Assembly: GCA_963844715.1 (NCBI GenBank) | Contig: CAWJPJ010000006.1 | Span: 896,001 to 960,000 of the forward strand | Direction of reading: 5' to 3' | DNA from: an uncultured Phycisphaerales bacterium | GTDB lineage: Bacteria > Planctomycetota > Phycisphaerae > Tepidisphaerales > Tepidisphaeraceae | Length of the DNA stretch: 64,000 nt | Part shown: positions 35,070-45,881 of the stretch, piece after piece | Layout: each line of letters opens with the position of its first letter | How positions within the stretch are numbered: the first letter of the stretch is position 1 | Made by a program: the position numbers and the translations under genes | Notes under the pieces: generated by a model | The model's input: the letters and a program-made list of their open reading frames with translations, nothing else | The model's database searches: none | What the model was told of the DNA's origin: nothing

Positions 35070-36581
35070 ATGGCGGCAGACTCTCAAGGACGAGAATCGT
35101 CTCGTGGGCTCTCAAAGCCTGCGCCGGCCTGGCTGGGGAAGAAGGTCGGGCGGTTCAGACTGCTGGCAAGCGTGGGGCAGGGGTCGATGGGGCGGGTCTT
35201 TCGGGCCGAGGATTCCAATCTCAATCGGCAGGTCGCTCTCAAGGTTTTGCCTAACAAGTTGAAGCTTGACGACGAGGAAGTCGCCGTCGAGCAGTTCATT
35301 CGCGAGGCGCGGTCGGCCGCGACGCTGGAACACCCCAACGTCGTGCACATCTACGAAGTCAACCAGACGGACAAAATCTGGTATATCGCCATGGAGCTTC
35401 TGGAGGGGGGGAACCTGCGCGAGTTGATCAAAGCCAACGGGCCGATGGACATGATTCGCGCCTGTCAGGTAGCCGCGGAAGCGGCGGAGGCGCTGGATTA
35501 CGCTCACAAGGCGGGGATTGTGCATCGCGACGTAAAGCCGGCGAATTTAATGCTCACGCGCACCGGGCGATGCAAATTGACGGATTTCGGCCTGGCGAGG
35601 ATCGACGACGCGAACGATTCGTTTCACATGGGGACGGAGAGCGTCGGCACGCCGCTCTACGCCGCGCCGGAAGTCACCCGTGGGCGGGCGGCGCAGGCGT
35701 CGGCGGATATCTACAGCCTTGGGTGCACGCTCTATTACCTTCTGACGGGGACGCCGCCGTTTTACGCCAAGACCGCTCCTGAGCTGATGCAGTTGCATCA
35801 GACGGCCCCCCCGCCGCATTTGTGCAATGATCGGCCGGACCTGCCGGAGACGCTCGCCCAGGCGATCATCCGGGCCATGGCCAAAGAGCCGGAGGAGCGA
35901 TTCGAATCGGCCGGACAGTTTGCCAAGGTTTTGCGCATGCACACGATTCCGGTCTCGGGATCGGGATCGGGATTAGGGGCGGGATCGGGATCGGCGGCGA
36001 ATTTCATGCAGGGGAGCGGGTCGAATCCGCTCGCGCCGGCGGCCGCGCCGCAGTTTTCTCGGCGTTTACTTGTTGGCGGAAGCATCGCCGCGGTTCTGGT
36101 TCTGGCCGGCGGAATTTCCGCGGCGGTTTATTTCGCGGCTCGGTCTGAAGCTCCGCCCATGCTGGCCGCGCCCCGGGTTACAGTCCAGCCGGCGGCGGAC
36201 GTGCAGAATTCCGTGCCGCCACCGCCACCGAAAGCCGACGCCCTGCAAGAGAATCTCGTTCCCGCCGCGACTTTCCAGGCTTCAGAGACCTCCCGCTTGA
36301 TGGCGATCGCCAAGGGGGATGATCCCAGACTTGCGGGGAAGCCGGTATCCGTCGTGGGTCAGATCGCCACGATTCACCCCACGCCGTCGGGCAAGTCGAT
36401 GCGGATTGAATTCGTGGGGTCGGATTCCGATGTCTTTTGCGCAACGTGCCCGCCGTCGTTGGCTAAATTGATTCAGGATGGATTTACGGGCCGGCTGATC
36501 CGCATTACTGGAGTTCCCCTGCTGCATAAGGATCGGGCGGAAATTCGCATCGATTCGCTGGATCAGATTCAGGCGAATTGA
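35070..36581 (+). CDS. Membrane-anchored Hanks-type Ser/Thr protein kinase
   Basis: GQGSMG, VALK, HRDVKPAN, DFG, GTPLYAAPE, DIYSLG; TM helix; small OB-like C-terminal domain. Confidence 0.93.
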   Translation: MAADSQGRESSRGLSKPAPAWLGKKVGRFRLLASVGQGSMGRVFRAEDSNLNRQVALKVLPNKLKLDDEEVAVEQFIREARSAATLEHPNVVHIYEVNQTDKIWYIAMELLEGGNLRELIKANGPMDMIRACQVAAEAAEALDYAHKAGIVHRDVKPANLMLTRTGRCKLTDFGLARIDDANDSFHMGTESVGTPLYAAPEVTRGRAAQASADIYSLGCTLYYLLTGTPPFYAKTAPELMQLHQTAPPPHLCNDRPDLPETLAQAIIRAMAKEPEERFESAGQFAKVLRMHTIPVSGSGSGLGAGSGSAANFMQGSGSNPLAPAAAPQFSRRLLVGGSIAAVLVLAGGISAAVYFAARSEAPPMLAAPRVTVQPAADVQNSVPPPPPKADALQENLVPAATFQASETSRLMAIAKGDDPRLAGKPVSVVGQIATIHPTPSGKSMRIEFVGSDSDVFCATCPPSLAKLIQDGFTGRLIRITGVPLLHKDRAEIRIDSLDQIQAN

Positions 36582-36690
36582 ATCCTAATCTTTCTCTTTC
36601 TCTTTCTCTTAATCCAAATCCTAATCCTAATCTTCATCTTAATCGTAATCTCGGAAACGGATTCGCGCACGGCGACTCGAATGAGATTAA

Positions 36691-37584
36691 GAGCCTCTAA
36701 CAAAAATGCGAATGAAGCCTGTTCCAACAGATCATTGCCTCACCCACGGTCATGAACGCGGCGTGGATGTCGGGCCGTTTTTCGTAACGGACTCGCAGTC
36801 GGCGATTCTGATGCAACCAACTCAGCGTACGCTCCACCGGCCAGCGGGTTTTGCCAAGACCACTTCCGTGCGGGCGGTTGCGTCGGGCCAGCAACGGGCG
36901 GCTGCCACGCTGACGCAACGCCTTTCGGTGCGGTTCGGAGTGATACGCCCGGTCTCCCTGCACCACCTCGAACCGCCAGCGCGGCCGGCCCGGTTTGCCC
37001 GAGACCTTTGGAATCGCATCGATCAGCGGCAGCAGTTGCGTGATGTCGTGGCGGTTGGCCGCCGTCAGGAGGGCAACCATCGGCGTGCCGTTGCCATCGG
37101 TCAATACATGGTGCTTGGAACCGTTTTTCCTGCGATCTACCGGGCTCGGACCCGTTTTTTTCCCCCGTGCACGGCCCGCACGGAAGCAGAATCCACCAAG
37201 GCCCGCGACCAGTCGATGGCATTCGACCGCCGCAATCGATTCAGCAATAGTCCGTGCAGCTTCGTCCAAACCCCACGATGGTTCCAATCGCGCAGTCGAC
37301 GCCAGCAACTCATGCCGCTGCCGCATCCCATCTCCTGGGGAAGGTATTCCCACGGAATGCCGGTTTTGAGCACGAACAGAATACCCGACAACGCCGCGCG
37401 ATCGTCCAGCGGCGGCCGGCCGCGCTTTCCTGGACCACTGCGGTGCTTGGGAAGCAGGGGTCGGATCAACTCCCAAAGCTCGTCGGTCACCAACGGCTTG
37501 GTCATAAAGCCCTCCATGGCTAAGACCAAGCCGTATTGTCCGATCAACCATAAACATGGGGAAGTGCATTTTTGTTAGAGGCTC
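36691..37584 (-). mobile_element. IS5-family insertion sequence (IS427/IS1031-like), 894 bp
   Basis: Perfect 19-bp TIRs gagcctctaacaaaaatgc; TAA target duplication (36688-90, 37585-87). Confidence 0.92.
36697..37505 (-). CDS. IS5-family transposase expressed via a frameshift at G5A7C
   Basis: orfA DELWELIRPLLP...VLKTGIPWEYLP; orfB GSKHHVLTDGNG, GDRAY, RWPVERTLSW, RYEK; slippery run at 37154-37166. Confidence 0.88.
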
Positions 37585-37653
37585 TAAGATTAAGATGAGG
37601 ATTAAGATTATGAAGAGGAGTAAGAGTAAGAGAAAGATTAGGAACTTGGGCGT

Positions 37654-39186
37654 TCAAGCCAACTGATGCGCGGGCTTGGGAAGATCATCGTGAATCGTCT
37701 GCTGCTTGGGTTGATCGCCGGCAAAGCTGAATAGGATCATGTCATCGTCGATCTTGGCCTGCAAATGTACGGGGCGCTGCCAGATCTGGTAGAGGTTCTT
37801 CAGGGTTTCGACTGCGTATTTGATTTCCAGATCCAGCCCGTTGTGTTTGTGGGCGAGGAATAACTCGCCGCGGTTGGCGTAGTTTCCGTCGACGACGTAA
37901 ATGAACGGGCGGCCCATGTTGGTGAGCTGATAGAGCATCGTCTGCTTCACGCGCTGATGATCGCGGCTGACGACGCGAAGCTGGCCGGTGTGGGGGTCGC
38001 GGCCGTATTGATAGAATTTGTGCTTATCCACGAATTCCTGAGTGAGGAATTCGTCGATGAAATTCACGTCGTTATAGACGCGCCGGACTTCGAAGATTTT
38101 CTCGCGGCCCTGCCCCAGGCCTTTATCCCAGGCTTTCTTTTCGCCCAGGTTGTCGGATTCCTCATAGGCTTTGCCGAATTTTCCTTTGTTCCAGCGGTCT
38201 TCGATGTCGCGGAAAAGCTCCAGGCCGATCTTGTACGGATTGAAATTCCCCGGCGGCATGTGGACCGTCCCGCTGTGATGATCGGCATAGTCGATGATCT
38301 CGCGCACTTCGACAAAATGCTTGGTCATCAGCGTGCTGTGCCAATAGCTGGCCCAGCCTTCGTTCATCACCTTGGTCATCCCCTGCGGCGCGAAGTAATA
38401 CGCCTCCTCGCGCACGATGGAAAGGAGATCCATTTGCCAATCGTCGAGCCGCGCGTGTTGGAGGAGATAAGACAGCACATCCCGCGTGGGCCGGGCCGGC
38501 GTGACGTGGCGCATTTTGTCGCGCTCGGCGCGGATTTTCTTGGCCTCGGCCTCGATGACCTTCGGCGGATTGATCCAACGGTCCAGATATTCCTTGGCCC
38601 GGAATTTCGCGACGGGTTCCTCCTTCGGCTTCGGCTGCTGCGGGTCCTGCTCCATCGGGCCGCGATTCAGGAACATGCTGTGGGCGTCGATCAGGTCCTC
38701 GAGGCTCAGGCAAACGTCCAAAAATTTCTCGACGACGTCGAAGCCCTCTTTTTCTATGTGCCGGCGGACGCGCGTGGAGTGGTTCGCCATTTCATCGACC
38801 ATTTTGCGATTGGTCTGCGCGAACCAGAGATTGTTCTTGAAAAAATCGGCGTGGCCGTAGACGTGGGCGATGACCAGCTTCTGATCGACGAGCTGGTTCG
38901 ATTCCTGAAGATAGGCGTAGCAGGGGTCATTGTTGATGACCATTTCGTAGATTCGGCCCAGGCCGTAAAAGTGCTGTTTGCGGAGCCGTTCGTATTCGGC
39001 TCCGAATCGCCAGTGGGGGTATCGCTGGGGGAAGCCGCCATAGGCGGCAACCTGGTTCATCTGCTCGTAATCGCACATTTCGAAAACGACGGGGAAGAAA
39101 TCCAGGCCGTAGGATCGGGCCCGCTCGCGAATCTGTTTCTTCGCCGCCAGCAGTTCCGCGGGGAAGGTGGCGGAATGTGAACGCAT
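37654..39186 (-). CDS. spoVR: SpoVR/YcgB family protein
   Basis: YGGFPQRYPHWRFG, IYEMVINNDPCYAYL, AHVYGHADFFKNN, TKVMNEGWASYWH. Confidence 0.93.
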   Translation of the reverse strand: MRSHSATFPAELLAAKKQIRERARSYGLDFFPVVFEMCDYEQMNQVAAYGGFPQRYPHWRFGAEYERLRKQHFYGLGRIYEMVINNDPCYAYLQESNQLVDQKLVIAHVYGHADFFKNNLWFAQTNRKMVDEMANHSTRVRRHIEKEGFDVVEKFLDVCLSLEDLIDAHSMFLNRGPMEQDPQQPKPKEEPVAKFRAKEYLDRWINPPKVIEAEAKKIRAERDKMRHVTPARPTRDVLSYLLQHARLDDWQMDLLSIVREEAYYFAPQGMTKVMNEGWASYWHSTLMTKHFVEVREIIDYADHHSGTVHMPPGNFNPYKIGLELFRDIEDRWNKGKFGKAYEESDNLGEKKAWDKGLGQGREKIFEVRRVYNDVNFIDEFLTQEFVDKHKFYQYGRDPHTGQLRVVSRDHQRVKQTMLYQLTNMGRPFIYVVDGNYANRGELFLAHKHNGLDLEIKYAVETLKNLYQIWQRPVHLQAKIDDDMILFSFAGDQPKQQTIHDDLPKPAHQLA

Positions 39187-39207
39187 ATCCCAATCTTAGA
39201 CGCGGAT

Positions 39208-40980
39208 TTACGATCGTAAAGGGGTGTGCCCGGACTGGCAGAAGCGGCGCCAGAACAACCGATAGGCGGCCTCAACGCCCCGGACGAACCCCGGCCCGTC
39301 CATGAGCGGGGATTTCCGCATCCTGTCGCGAAGGGTCGAGCGGATTTCGGATAGACGTGCCGAATCCTGGGCAAGCTGTACAGCGATCTTCGTGAATTCG
39401 GTGGGACTCGCCGCGGCCAGTTCCGGCAGACCGAGATTGGAAAGCTCGGTCCATCCGGCCCGGCCGACGGGGGTCTGGCCTATGAGCGTCAGCACGGGCA
39501 CGCCCATCCAGAAAGCGTCCAGACTGGTTGTATGCCCGTTGTACGGAATCGTATCCAGGCAAAGATCGATGCGGTGATAAGTTTGGAGATAATCGCGGCG
39601 AGATTGGCGGGAAATGAATTCGACGCGATCGGCCGAAATTCCGCGACTGAAGAATTTTTCCGAGATGCGCTGGCGGGCGGACCCGTCGGGGGCCAGCAAA
39701 ATCATTCGCGAATTCGCCACCGCGCAAAAACCCCCGCCCACAAATCCAACGTCAAATCGTTCAACTTGAAAAAGTTGTTTAAGCACCCGAACGTTATAAA
39801 CCCGTTCCGCGAAGCGGGTGGCGCTTGCACCTCCGGTCCCTCCTCAAGCGGGTCGTAACACCAAAAGCACCCCGGCAATTGATACGGGTAATCCGGAAAC
39901 GAATTCCGCGAATCGCTCGGCTCCAGAAACGAATCGGTTAATCGATAGTCGATGGTCCTCAATCCGCTCGACCCCGGATACCCGAGCCAACTCACTTGTA
40001 CTGGCGCCGGCTTGCGCAAAAACCATCAGCCGGTTGTTGGCCGTGTGGAGCTTTAGATCGACCAGAATGTCGATCTGGTCGGCGCGGACCTGTTGAGCGA
40101 TTTGCTCGTCTGAATGGCCGACGGTGCTCCGCCAACGATCCGAGACGGATTTGAACCGGTCGGTCATCCCGTCGGGATTCATCACTTCCGCGTAGCAGGT
40201 GATCTCAAATTCATGGCGGTCATGATTGCTCAAGAGCGGCCAGAGAAAAAAGGCGGAGGAGTGATCCCGGAAATCGGCCGAAACGTAGCCGATGCGCAGT
40301 CGCCGGTCCGGATCGCGATCATTTGAATGAGGCGAGATCCCCGCGCGAAGGGGGCGGGCGTGCTGGGCGTCCCATCGCTCTAATTCCGCCGGGAAGGAAT
40401 GGATCAACGTCGGCGAATATTGCATCTGCACGATCAAATTACTGTGCAACGCGGCATCCGACGGCGCGAGCTTCAGGCCCTGACGAAGGCACGCGAAGGC
40501 TTCCTCGGCACGGCCGTCGTTGAAAAGCGCTTTGCCCAAGTTGTTGTAGGCGGAGATAAAATTGGGCTGAAGTTCCAGAGCTTTTTTGCAGGCGGCGATC
40601 GCCTCATCCGTGCGCCCTGACGCTTCCAGGACGTTGCCAAGATTATTAAATGCTTCGGCCATGTTGGGCTGAAGCGCGACGGTGCGCTGATACGCCTCAA
40701 TGGCCTCGGCGGCGCGACCCAAAGTGGTCAAGACGGCGCCGAGATTGTTGCAGTAGTTGGCGGCCGAGGGATTGGACGCGATGGCGCGGCGGATAAGCTG
40801 TGCGGCCTCTTCCTGACGCCCCAGCGAATGGGCGACCAAGCCGAGAAGGTGAAGCGCTTCGGAATCGCCGGAATTTTTCAAGATTAATTGCTGACATAGC
40901 GACTCAGTCTCAGCGAATCGCCCTGCGCGAAAATGCTGTTTTGCCGCGGCCAGAAGCTGATCAGCCGATGTAGAAGTCAT
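39208..40980 (-). CDS. TPR-repeat O-GlcNAc transferase (SPINDLY-like, GT41); two frameshifts
   Basis: TPRs (NNLG..L); RLRIGYVSADFRDH, IDILVDL..HT, KPAPVQVSWLGYP, FGCLNN, LDTIPYNGHTT. Confidence 0.88.
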
Positions 40981-41074
40981 CAGACGCGTTCCCGGTAAGA
41001 GCGATAATAACCGGCTTGCTGGAAAAAGATGAGGCGCGGCGATTGTGAGCGGTGCGAAGAACATACGATAATAA

Positions 41075-41659
41075 ATGAAAGCACAGGTATTCGAAGAGAC
41101 GGGAGTTGAGATGACGAGCCTAAATCAATGCTTGACCTGCCCGGTCGCGGTCGACGCACGCAAGCCCATTTTCGGCGATGCCGGCCACCGTTTTGTGCTG
41201 CAAAGGGTTCAGCCGGCCCTCTTGGGTTTGATGGACGGGTCGGTTTCGACATTGGCGCCGATTTTCGCAACCGCGGGTTTGACCGGGCGGCCGATCGACG
41301 CGTTCTTCGTCGGGCTTGCGGCTTCGGTCGGCGCGGGGATCAGCATGGGTCTGGCCGAGGCGCTTTCAGATGACGGGAAAGTCACCGGGCGCGGGCAGCC
41401 GATTCTGCGCGGAATCATCACCGGGGTGGCGACGGTCGTCGGCGGGATGCTTCACACGATGCCGTTCCTTCTCCCGAATCTGCGCCTCGCCCTGCATCTG
41501 GCGTATGCCGTGGTCGTGTTTGAACTGCTTCTCATCGCGTACATCCGGTTCAAATATATGAAGACGCAGCTCGTCAAGACGATCGTTCAGGTGATCGTCG
41601 GCGGCGCGATTGTTTTTGCAATCGGATTGTGGCTGGGCAAAATGGGGGCGGGGTCGTAG
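41075..41659 (+). CDS. VIT1/CCC1 family (MbfA C-terminal-like) metal exporter
   Basis: [35 protein letters not shown]; start may be 41110. Confidence 0.85.
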   Translation: MKAQVFEETGVEMTSLNQCLTCPVAVDARKPIFGDAGHRFVLQRVQPALLGLMDGSVSTLAPIFATAGLTGRPIDAFFVGLAASVGAGISMGLAEALSDDGKVTGRGQPILRGIITGVATVVGGMLHTMPFLLPNLRLALHLAYAVVVFELLLIAYIRFKYMKTQLVKTIVQVIVGGAIVFAIGLWLGKMGAGS

Positions 41660-41660
41660 A

Positions 41661-42080
41661 TCAGGGCTTGGTCGCCGGGGGCTGGCGCGTCGATTCCAAC
41701 TGCGATTTTTCCGCCTTGGCGCGATTGATCAGCGCGGCTGTGTCTTCCGTGCCGCTCATGGGCTCAAGAGTGTAGTGGAACGACTTCCGATCCTTGATGG
41801 TGATCGGAATCAGGTCAGCGAGAAGATCGATCGGTGGAATCTGGTAGATCGGCCTGGAAACGTCGGCGGTGGTCTTGAGGGATTCGTAACCCTCCATGCG
41901 CAGGGCCACGTCATATTTGCCGTACCAGATGAAATCATGCTCCATGGGGGTTCGGCCGATTTCCTGTTCATTGAGATAGACCAATGCCCCGGGCGGGTCG
42001 GATTGCACGGATAGGGTCCGCTCCACGCATCCGCCGGCCAGGAACAGCGCGGCGGTGCAACCGAGCAGGTTAGCGCGCAT
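41661..42080 (-). CDS. PEGA-domain lipoprotein
   Basis: Lipobox LAGGC; SVQSDPPGALVYLNEQEIGRTP. Confidence 0.8.
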   Translation of the reverse strand: MRANLLGCTAALFLAGGCVERTLSVQSDPPGALVYLNEQEIGRTPMEHDFIWYGKYDVALRMEGYESLKTTADVSRPIYQIPPIDLLADLIPITIKDRKSFHYTLEPMSGTEDTAALINRAKAEKSQLESTRQPPATKP

Positions 42081-42174
42081 GTTCATGTCGGACGGAAGTA
42101 TAGATGCGGCCGGCCCGATCACAAGCCGTCCTCCCCCCTGCCAGGGGCGTAATCGGTTAGACTGAAAAGGCCTT

Positions 42175-43395
42175 ATGCTGATCATTTCGTTCTTCGGTAT
42201 TCTGGGCGCGTTTATCTGCCTGGACACCGTATTTTGGATCCGGGTGGATCAGCTTTTGCGCCCGGTGAAGTGGGGGAAACTTTATCGATCGATTCTGGCG
42301 ATCGTGATGTTGCCGTCCATGTCTTTCATGCTGGCGACAATTTTCGCGTTTCACGCGACGGCTCGGGCGCACAAATACATTCCGCCGCTCCTGGGGGCCT
42401 ACATTTACATCTGGAATTTTCTGATCGTCCTGCCGGCGGTGATCGTTTTGATGGGGCAACTGCTGATCGTGAAATTAAAGGCGGGATACCGAGAAGCCCG
42501 TTGCCGGCTGGGCTGGGACCGCCGGCCCGCCCCACCGCCGCCCGAGGAGCCTCAAGCCCTTTGGTCGCGGCGGAATTTTCTGGCAGCGACGGCGTTTGCC
42601 GTCCCTCCCCTGTGCACGCTGGCGCTTTCCGACGTGGCCCTGGCACAGCGCGGGGTGTTTCAAATCAAGGAATACGATCTGGCGCTGCCGGGCTGGGAAA
42701 AAGAACTGGACGGGTTCACGATCGCCCTGGTCGCGGACGTGCACACCGGGATTTTCACGACGCCGGCAATGCTGAACAAAATCGCCGACGCGACGAACAA
42801 TTTGCGATGCGATCTGATCCTGTTCGGCGGCGACTTGGTGAATCTCTCGCATTCCGATCTTCCCAGCGCGCTCGATATGGTCACCCGGCTCGACGCGCCG
42901 CAGGGCCTCTACATGATCCAGGGCAACCACGATGTCGTTGAGCCGGCGTGGGATTTCAACAAGACAGTCCGCACACGCGGCGTGAATCTGCTGGTCGACC
43001 AGATCGCAACCCTGACCCCGCGCGGCGTGCCGATCCAAATCCTTGGGACGCGCTGGTTCCAGAAGGAAGAGGACATGCGCCTTTCCGTGGCAAGGGTGGC
43101 CACCAACCGCGATTTGACCTGCTTTCCGATTCTCCTGGCGCATCATCCGCACAGTTGGGATGAGGCGACCGCGCGCGGCCTGCCGCTGACCCTTTCCGGC
43201 CACACGCACGGCGGGCAAATCATGCTGACTAAAAATATCGGGGCGGGACCGCTGCGTTTCCGATATTGGACGGGACTGTACGAAAAGCCGGGTTCGAAAC
43301 TGATCGTTTCCAACGGCGTGGGCAACTGGTTCCCCATCCGCATCAACGCCCCGGCCGACATTCTGAAAATTACCCTTCACCCCGGCGATGCTTGA
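42175..43395 (+). CDS. Membrane-anchored calcineurin-like metallophosphoesterase (YkuE/YaeI-like)
   Basis: ADVH, GGDLV, GNHD, LAHHP, LSGHTHGGQI, SNGVG. Confidence 0.9.
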   Translation: MLIISFFGILGAFICLDTVFWIRVDQLLRPVKWGKLYRSILAIVMLPSMSFMLATIFAFHATARAHKYIPPLLGAYIYIWNFLIVLPAVIVLMGQLLIVKLKAGYREARCRLGWDRRPAPPPPEEPQALWSRRNFLAATAFAVPPLCTLALSDVALAQRGVFQIKEYDLALPGWEKELDGFTIALVADVHTGIFTTPAMLNKIADATNNLRCDLILFGGDLVNLSHSDLPSALDMVTRLDAPQGLYMIQGNHDVVEPAWDFNKTVRTRGVNLLVDQIATLTPRGVPIQILGTRWFQKEEDMRLSVARVATNRDLTCFPILLAHHPHSWDEATARGLPLTLSGHTHGGQIMLTKNIGAGPLRFRYWTGLYEKPGSKLIVSNGVGNWFPIRINAPADILKITLHPGDA

Positions 43396-43403
43396 GAATC
43401 GCC

Positions 43404-45713
43404 TCAATTCTGACGGGCTCTCAAAAGCGCCGCGGCGATGAGCGCGACGGCCATCCCGCTGAAGGTCGGCGCCAAGGGCACGTCTCGCGGGGGCCAGTTG
43501 AAGGCGAGCTTGCCGTTGTCTCCCGGCCAGATAACCTCTCCCCCGCTCTGATCGGCGAGTTTCTGCATGTTGTCGTGATTATTGCCTATCGCCGTGAATT
43601 CCGGGGCATAGCATCCCGGAACCGCAATGCGGTCGACGATCAGCCCGGAACAGGAGAGCGTGGCGATCGACGGCTGCGCTGATGCGGCAAGTGATCCCGC
43701 GTAGTGGCCCGGACCAGTCTGCTGGATGTCGACGGAGCGCGTGCCGTCGTCGCCGGTCAAATCGAGCGTGAAGTGCAAATCGTTAAGCGGTCGATGCTCG
43801 TCGGCGGCGACGACGTCGGCGCTCACGTTCGCTCCGGTCGTCCAAGTGACGGAGTATCGCGGATCGCGTGGTTTGAGGGCGGTCTGGTCCGCCAAATCCA
43901 TGACGGGTTGAACATCGGGCGAAAACGCGACGGCTGTCACAGTTCCGCGTCCAAATCGCCAGGTCGCGGCCATCGGCACGTCGGTTTCCTTATACAAAGC
44001 CCGCGTGATTTCCTGGGCGTGATCCTTCAGCCAGGTGCGGTTCCAGGCGGCGATGGATTGGCCATCCCCGAAAACAGGCGGGGCAACGGAGCGGAGCATC
44101 ACAGGGCTTTCGATGATGGATTCGGGCAATGCCGAGCGGCCGAGCTGCTGCAAGGACGATGCCCACCGGCCGGCCTCGGATTGCTCGAGGACGTTTCCGC
44201 CGGTTGCGATGGCGATCCGCCGGACCGTGTCGATGCCGCTGCCGTGCCCGATCGCCAGGACAAATAGTTCGATTTTCTTCGCATTCAGCAGCTCGGATAG
44301 CTGCTCCGGCTGACTGATTTGCACGTCGCAATCGGAGACGAGCAGCAGCCGGGTCGGCAACGAGGCGTCGGTTTCCGAGGCGATATGATCGAGCGCCGCT
44401 TCAAGATCGGTCGGCCCGATGGGGACGGCATCCGTCGGGGGAAGCAATAGCTGCGCCGTCGCGGCGGCGCTTTGATTCGTCGACCACCAGCGCAAATCCG
44501 CCGCGAATTGACCGATTTGCACCGGATCCTGAGGCGGGAGAGTGGGGACAAGTTTGACGGCTGCGGTGCTGGCGGCTTGCCAGCGCGTCAGGTCTCCCCC
44601 GGTCGAGGCGCTCATCGAGCCGCTGGAATCGACCAGAATCATCCAGCGCATGAGCGGCCCGGGCGGGGAACTCGCCAGCGGCGACAGCGCGTCCAGAGGC
44701 GTACCCGTGTATCCACCGGCGGAAAAGGCGTGATCGCCGCCGAGTATCAACAGCGAACCGCCCAGATCGCGGACGTATTGCGTGAGATCGTCCGTCGTCG
44801 TCGGGCTTAGTTGGTCGGGGGATACGTTATCCAGAACAATCACCGCCGCGGCGAGATAGCGAGATGTGCTATGCGGCATCTGCGGCGCCTGCATCGATTT
44901 CCAGGTCGATCCGAACGGCCCGGTTTGTTCCGAAGCCGTGCGCGACCCGACCCACCAGGATTCGCCTGCAAATTGCGGCGAGTTTTGGATGGTCATCGAA
45001 TCGTTTTCCGGCCAGAGGTCGTTGGGATTTAGCTCAACCGTCGCCGAAGTGGCCAGCGAGGAAAGGTTTCGGGCCACGCGGGAGGACCCCGTGGGGATGG
45101 GAACGTCCGGTGTGCCGACCGTTCCGTCGAAAATCGCCACGCGGGGGTTGCCGGAATTGGCGAAGGTGGCGCGGAGGCGGTGCCCGTCGATTTCCAGGCT
45201 ATCCACGCGGGCGTCGCTGGTTTGCTCGAGGCTGGGATCGACCACAACGTAAGTCGGAGGGCACCAGCCGGGCACGGCAAACTGGCAGTCGCTGAAAAGA
45301 ATGATTGCGTCCGCCTGGACCGGCATAAAGTGGGTCTCGTCGCACGGCATTTCGCTCAAATTGGGGGGAAATTCAACCGGCGCTCCGCCGGCAAACCCCC
45401 ATAAATGGTACGACGTTTTGCCGAGAAGATCGCGCAATCGGCGCGAGAGGAAGGTTGGGTCCCGGAAAGTCGCCCCGCGCGTACTCGGCGAGAGATCGAC
45501 CATGACGGCGACGCCGCGCTCGGCGGGACGATGCCAGACCGGCCTTCCCGCCGCGATCGCCAGGCAAAGCACTGCCGCCAGCGAGATCCAAAGCACCGTT
45601 TGCGGCAGATTCGGGCGGCGCGACAAGACGATCCAGCACGCCGAGATCGCCAAAATCGCGGCGGCGATGAGCATCGGGATGGAAGTAAAGGTAACCGGCA
45701 CGGTCGGTTGCAT
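43404..45713 (-). CDS. Membrane-anchored double vWA / GATase-like domain protein
   Basis: VDLSPS and VDSSGS MIDAS-like motifs; YVRDLGGSLLILGG; N- and C-terminal TMs. Confidence 0.75.
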   Translation of the reverse strand: MQPTVPVTFTSIPMLIAAAILAISACWIVLSRRPNLPQTVLWISLAAVLCLAIAAGRPVWHRPAERGVAVMVDLSPSTRGATFRDPTFLSRRLRDLLGKTSYHLWGFAGGAPVEFPPNLSEMPCDETHFMPVQADAIILFSDCQFAVPGWCPPTYVVVDPSLEQTSDARVDSLEIDGHRLRATFANSGNPRVAIFDGTVGTPDVPIPTGSSRVARNLSSLATSATVELNPNDLWPENDSMTIQNSPQFAGESWWVGSRTASEQTGPFGSTWKSMQAPQMPHSTSRYLAAAVIVLDNVSPDQLSPTTTDDLTQYVRDLGGSLLILGGDHAFSAGGYTGTPLDALSPLASSPPGPLMRWMILVDSSGSMSASTGGDLTRWQAASTAAVKLVPTLPPQDPVQIGQFAADLRWWSTNQSAAATAQLLLPPTDAVPIGPTDLEAALDHIASETDASLPTRLLLVSDCDVQISQPEQLSELLNAKKIELFVLAIGHGSGIDTVRRIAIATGGNVLEQSEAGRWASSLQQLGRSALPESIIESPVMLRSVAPPVFGDGQSIAAWNRTWLKDHAQEITRALYKETDVPMAATWRFGRGTVTAVAFSPDVQPVMDLADQTALKPRDPRYSVTWTTGANVSADVVAADEHRPLNDLHFTLDLTGDDGTRSVDIQQTGPGHYAGSLAASAQPSIATLSCSGLIVDRIAVPGCYAPEFTAIGNNHDNMQKLADQSGGEVIWPGDNGKLAFNWPPRDVPLAPTFSGMAVALIAAALLRARQN

Positions 45714-45881
45714 CGGCTCCGATTATATAGGGAGATGATGAAAAAATGCTGAATGATGGGACAAGTTTCCAGTTGCCAGTTGCCAGCGAAGAGCGGGTAT
45801 TTACTGGCAACCGGCAACCATCCTTCATTTTCTACTGGCGGGGTCTTGTCGCGCGGGGGGACAAACCGCACAATCGAAACC

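Larger units (their letters stand above)
36581..37643. repeat. Inverted arrays of degenerate hexamers (aatcct/aatctt vs gattaa/gagtaa) interrupted by an IS
   Basis: 36581-36650 and 37588-37643 are complementary low-complexity hexamer tracts. Confidence 0.6.
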
